This document shows positions 44,452-48,068 of a stretch of 48,068 nt of DNA, piece by piece. The stretch lies in assembly GCA_030679255.1 (NCBI GenBank), contig JAUXTO010000042.1, positions 110,714 through 158,781 of the forward strand, written 5' to 3'. The notes under the pieces were generated by a model that saw only the letters and a list, made by a program, of their open reading frames with translations, did no database searches and was not told where the DNA came from. The stretch comes from Candidatus Gottesmanbacteria bacterium (GTDB taxonomy: Bacteria; Patescibacteriota; Microgenomatia; UBA10105; UBA927). Both the position numbers and the translations under genes were made by a program. Numbering within the stretch: the stretch's first letter is position 1; each line of letters opens with the position of its first letter.

Positions 44452-44985
44452 ATGGATCGCGTACTCGCTTTTGATCAGTGGCTTTTTCTTTTCCTCAATC
44501 ACCTTCCGCATACGGGATTGTCCAATTTGCTCGCACTGACGCTATCAGGCGTGGGAACAGCAGGAATCATCTGGTTCATCATGACAGCCATACTTTTTCT
44601 AAAGGAACAAAAAAAGGACCATAGATTTTTTCTACCCTTTGTCCTTTCGGGTGGGACAAGTTGGGCGGTGGTAGAGCTCGTCCTCAAACCTCTTTTCGGA
44701 CGAATCCGTCCTACAGAACTCATGGGTGCCATTATCGTAGGATCGGGAAGTGATGGATTCTCCTTCCCCTCCGGCCACGCAACCATTGCCTTTGCGATGG
44801 CCACAGTATTAGCCCATAAAGAACCAAAATGGCGATGGGTTTTTATTAGCCTCGCGGTTCTCATATCTCTTTCGCGCATTTATTTAGGGAAGCATTATCC
44901 GCTCGATGTAATCATGGGGGGATTAATCGGAACGGCAATTGGTTTCCTTTCTCGTATAGTTACGCAAAAACATGTACAAGCTTAA
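44452..44985 (+). CDS. PAP2 family phosphatase
   Basis: K…R.RP, SFPSGH, SRIYLGKHYPLDV. Confidence 0.9.
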   Translation: MDRVLAFDQWLFLFLNHLPHTGLSNLLALTLSGVGTAGIIWFIMTAILFLKEQKKDHRFFLPFVLSGGTSWAVVELVLKPLFGRIRPTELMGAIIVGSGSDGFSFPSGHATIAFAMATVLAHKEPKWRWVFISLAVLISLSRIYLGKHYPLDVIMGGLIGTAIGFLSRIVTQKHVQA

Positions 44986-45520
44986 CGCCCAGCAACTCCG
45001 CACGACCCAGCCCGATCCCGTTGTAGCCCACGCTGTCAAAAAAAATCCGATTACGATAATTCTGGACAATGTATTGGATACCTATAATGTTGGCTCAATA
45101 TTCCGACTTGCCGATGCTGTCGCAGCCGAGCGGGTCATATTATGCGGACAGACGCTTACCCCGCCCAACTCGCGTATCAAAAAAGCATCCATTAATACGT
45201 GGGGATGGGTAGAATGGCAATACGCTTCAACCGCGATTGAAGCGATTGCCGAACTCAAAATTCAAAACTCAAAACTCAAAGTCGTCGCAGTCGAACAAGA
45301 TGCAAGGAGTAAGCCGTTTGCCGAAGTCACCTATGAGTTTCCCATCGCCCTTGTCGTCGGACACGAATCAAATGGTGTATCCAAAGAAGTCCTGGACATG
45401 GCCGATACGATCGTCGAGCTGCCCATGTGGGGGATAAATAGAAGCTTGAACGTCATGGTGTCGTTGGGTATCGTTCTGTATCAAATAATGTCAAACTCCA
45501 GCCTCAAGGCCCGGCCTTGA
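44972..45520 (+). CDS. TrmH/SpoU family RNA methyltransferase
   Basis: LDNV.DTYNVGSIFR.ADA, VVGHESNGV, LPMWG..RSLNV. Confidence 0.9.
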   Translation: MYKLNAQQLRTTQPDPVVAHAVKKNPITIILDNVLDTYNVGSIFRLADAVAAERVILCGQTLTPPNSRIKKASINTWGWVEWQYASTAIEAIAELKIQNSKLKVVAVEQDARSKPFAEVTYEFPIALVVGHESNGVSKEVLDMADTIVELPMWGINRSLNVMVSLGIVLYQIMSNSSLKARP

Positions 45521-45564
45521 GGCTGACTCCTGAAACCTTGACACGGCTTCATAACTGTGTGACC

Positions 45565-46296
45565 ATGGATGTAATGGATACTAAGCTAGCCTCACCATTT
45601 GCGCTCCTCAAACAAGCGTGGGCGCTTGGCTATTCCAAATCAAACGTGCTCCTATTTCTGGGGCTGGGAACTCTGCCACAAATTCTCTCATTCGGCTTTT
45701 CCGCGCTTCTGGCATACGCCCCCGGATCAAACAATCTCGAATCGACCATCACGGACTTTCTCGCCCAAACCAACGGATGGATGATTGCTGCAATCGGAGC
45801 CCTTGCGCTTCTCGGAATTGTCCTCATGATATATGTGGGTACATGGTATAGCGCATTTCTTTATAGAGTCTATGAAGCGACCGTCTCCGGCTCCAATGGC
45901 CGGCTCTCTAGCCATATATCCTCTGCACGGCTTGTTACAAAAAGACTTTTTTTTACCTCTATCAAAGTCGGTGTGTATGCGACCATTGGTTTTCTCCTGT
46001 TTGTCATTCCGGGCATCATCATCACGGTTCGATACGCATTCGCTCCCTTGATCGCAACTCTTGAGGATAGCTCCGTCTCACCACTCGGGGAGAGTAAGCG
46101 CCTCGTAAAGAATCGTTTTTGGAAACTCGCAGGTCGGGGATTGATCCCGTTTTTCCTCTACAGCATTCCCCTTTCTCTGTTTCAATCGCTCCATCCGCTC
46201 CTCGGTGCCCTCTGGTCTCTCTCATCTCCGGTTTTCGGTCTCTATTTTTACCTCGTCTATTTGGACTTCAAACGAACGGCTGCAGTTCCCGCATAA
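45565..46296 (+). CDS. Hypothetical membrane protein
   Basis: Multi-TM; GF.LFVIPGII..VRY.F…S..LVK.RFW. Confidence 0.7.
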   Translation: MDVMDTKLASPFALLKQAWALGYSKSNVLLFLGLGTLPQILSFGFSALLAYAPGSNNLESTITDFLAQTNGWMIAAIGALALLGIVLMIYVGTWYSAFLYRVYEATVSGSNGRLSSHISSARLVTKRLFFTSIKVGVYATIGFLLFVIPGIIITVRYAFAPLIATLEDSSVSPLGESKRLVKNRFWKLAGRGLIPFFLYSIPLSLFQSLHPLLGALWSLSSPVFGLYFYLVYLDFKRTAAVPA

Positions 46297-46988
46297 TGAA
46301 ACGAACTCACCTGGTACTAGTGGGTATCTTATTAATTCTCTCCTTCACTTTTTTTAGCCGCTCCATCAAACAGGGTGGCATGAAAGATCTCGACTTTGCC
46401 ACAACGGTGAAACTGCAGGAGCGGATTGATAATTCCTCGCGTCTGCGGCTCGCGAGAATCACGGGAGAAGTCATGGAAGGAGCGACATTTTTCGCAAGTC
46501 CGATGATTTCTGTCATCGCTATAATTGTTATAACCTTTATAACATATATACAACGTAAAAAATGGCGACTCGTGGCCCTCGTTATCCCGCTCTTTTTTGG
46601 ACTCATGATCCTTGCGGAAATCTATGGCAAGTCCGTCGTCCACCACCCGGCACCGCCGTTTTTTCTTTTGAAGAATCCTACCACTGTGTTCCCCAAATAT
46701 TATATATGGGAGGATTATTCCTATCCCTCCGGACACGCCGCCCGCGCTGCGTTCATAGGGATAATGCTATACTCATCCTTCCTCCTTCATACTTCCTACT
46801 TCCAACGAAGGCCAATAAAAAATATGATAAAGATCGGGGTGTTTAGTTACATCGGTTTAATCAGCGTGTCCCGCATCTATCTCGGCCACCATTGGGCTTC
46901 TGATGTCATCGCGGGGTTACTGTTGGGCGGTGGTTCTGGGCTATTGACGCAGAGCTTCATCCTCCCATATAATACGAAACGAGAATGA
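46296..46988 (+). CDS. PAP2 family phosphatase
   Basis: TAATG coupling; SYPSGH, SRIYLGHHWASDV. Confidence 0.88.
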   Translation: MKRTHLVLVGILLILSFTFFSRSIKQGGMKDLDFATTVKLQERIDNSSRLRLARITGEVMEGATFFASPMISVIAIIVITFITYIQRKKWRLVALVIPLFFGLMILAEIYGKSVVHHPAPPFFLLKNPTTVFPKYYIWEDYSYPSGHAARAAFIGIMLYSSFLLHTSYFQRRPIKNMIKIGVFSYIGLISVSRIYLGHHWASDVIAGLLLGGGSGLLTQSFILPYNTKRE

Positions 46989-47090
46989 GTGACTGTGCCT
47001 AGCCATCATCAATTCAGGGTTTTCCACCGAAATCCCGCACGATGGCGGGTTTTTGTTTGCTCTCGAGGGAGATCATGCTCCACTTGGTTT

Positions 47091-47108
47091 GTACTTTGAC
47101 AATCGAAT
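47091..47108 (+). promoter_or_regulatory. boxA-like antitermination motif in the 16S leader
   Basis: GTACTTTGACAATCGAAT about 20 nt before the 16S. Confidence 0.5.
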
Positions 47109-47126
47109 GGTGATAGGAAACGTTAT

Positions 47127-48068
<942 letters not shown>

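Overview
Bacterial chromosome segment, most likely Patescibacteria/CPR of the Microgenomates type. This is inferred from a divergent 16S rRNA, a short trigger factor, a DUF5660-like gene and -10 boxes placed just upstream of start codons. It holds 19 intact tRNA genes, the 5' part of a 16S rRNA, housekeeping genes (tig, rpmG, rpmB, fmt, def, mreB, mrdA, dprA, topA), cell-wall and membrane enzymes, toxin-antitoxin modules and AT-rich single-gene islets beside tRNAs. The most unusual signal is a tRNA-centred system of short palindromic insertion elements. At three loci (Arg-TCT, Thr-GGT, Thr-TGT) an intact tRNA gene sits inside the anticodon of another tRNA gene with the same anticodon, up to four layers deep. 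The split is always compatible with position 35/36 (just before TAA) and is bounded by fold-back termini. The same element families interrupt D- and T-loops, a 6S-like RNA and, in frame, several essential proteins. tRNA-His is flanked by two small GIY-YIG nuclease genes and followed by an integrase-less array of cassettes, each closed by a T-arm-mimic copy of the tRNA 3' end. All calls were made by eye; no database searches were run.
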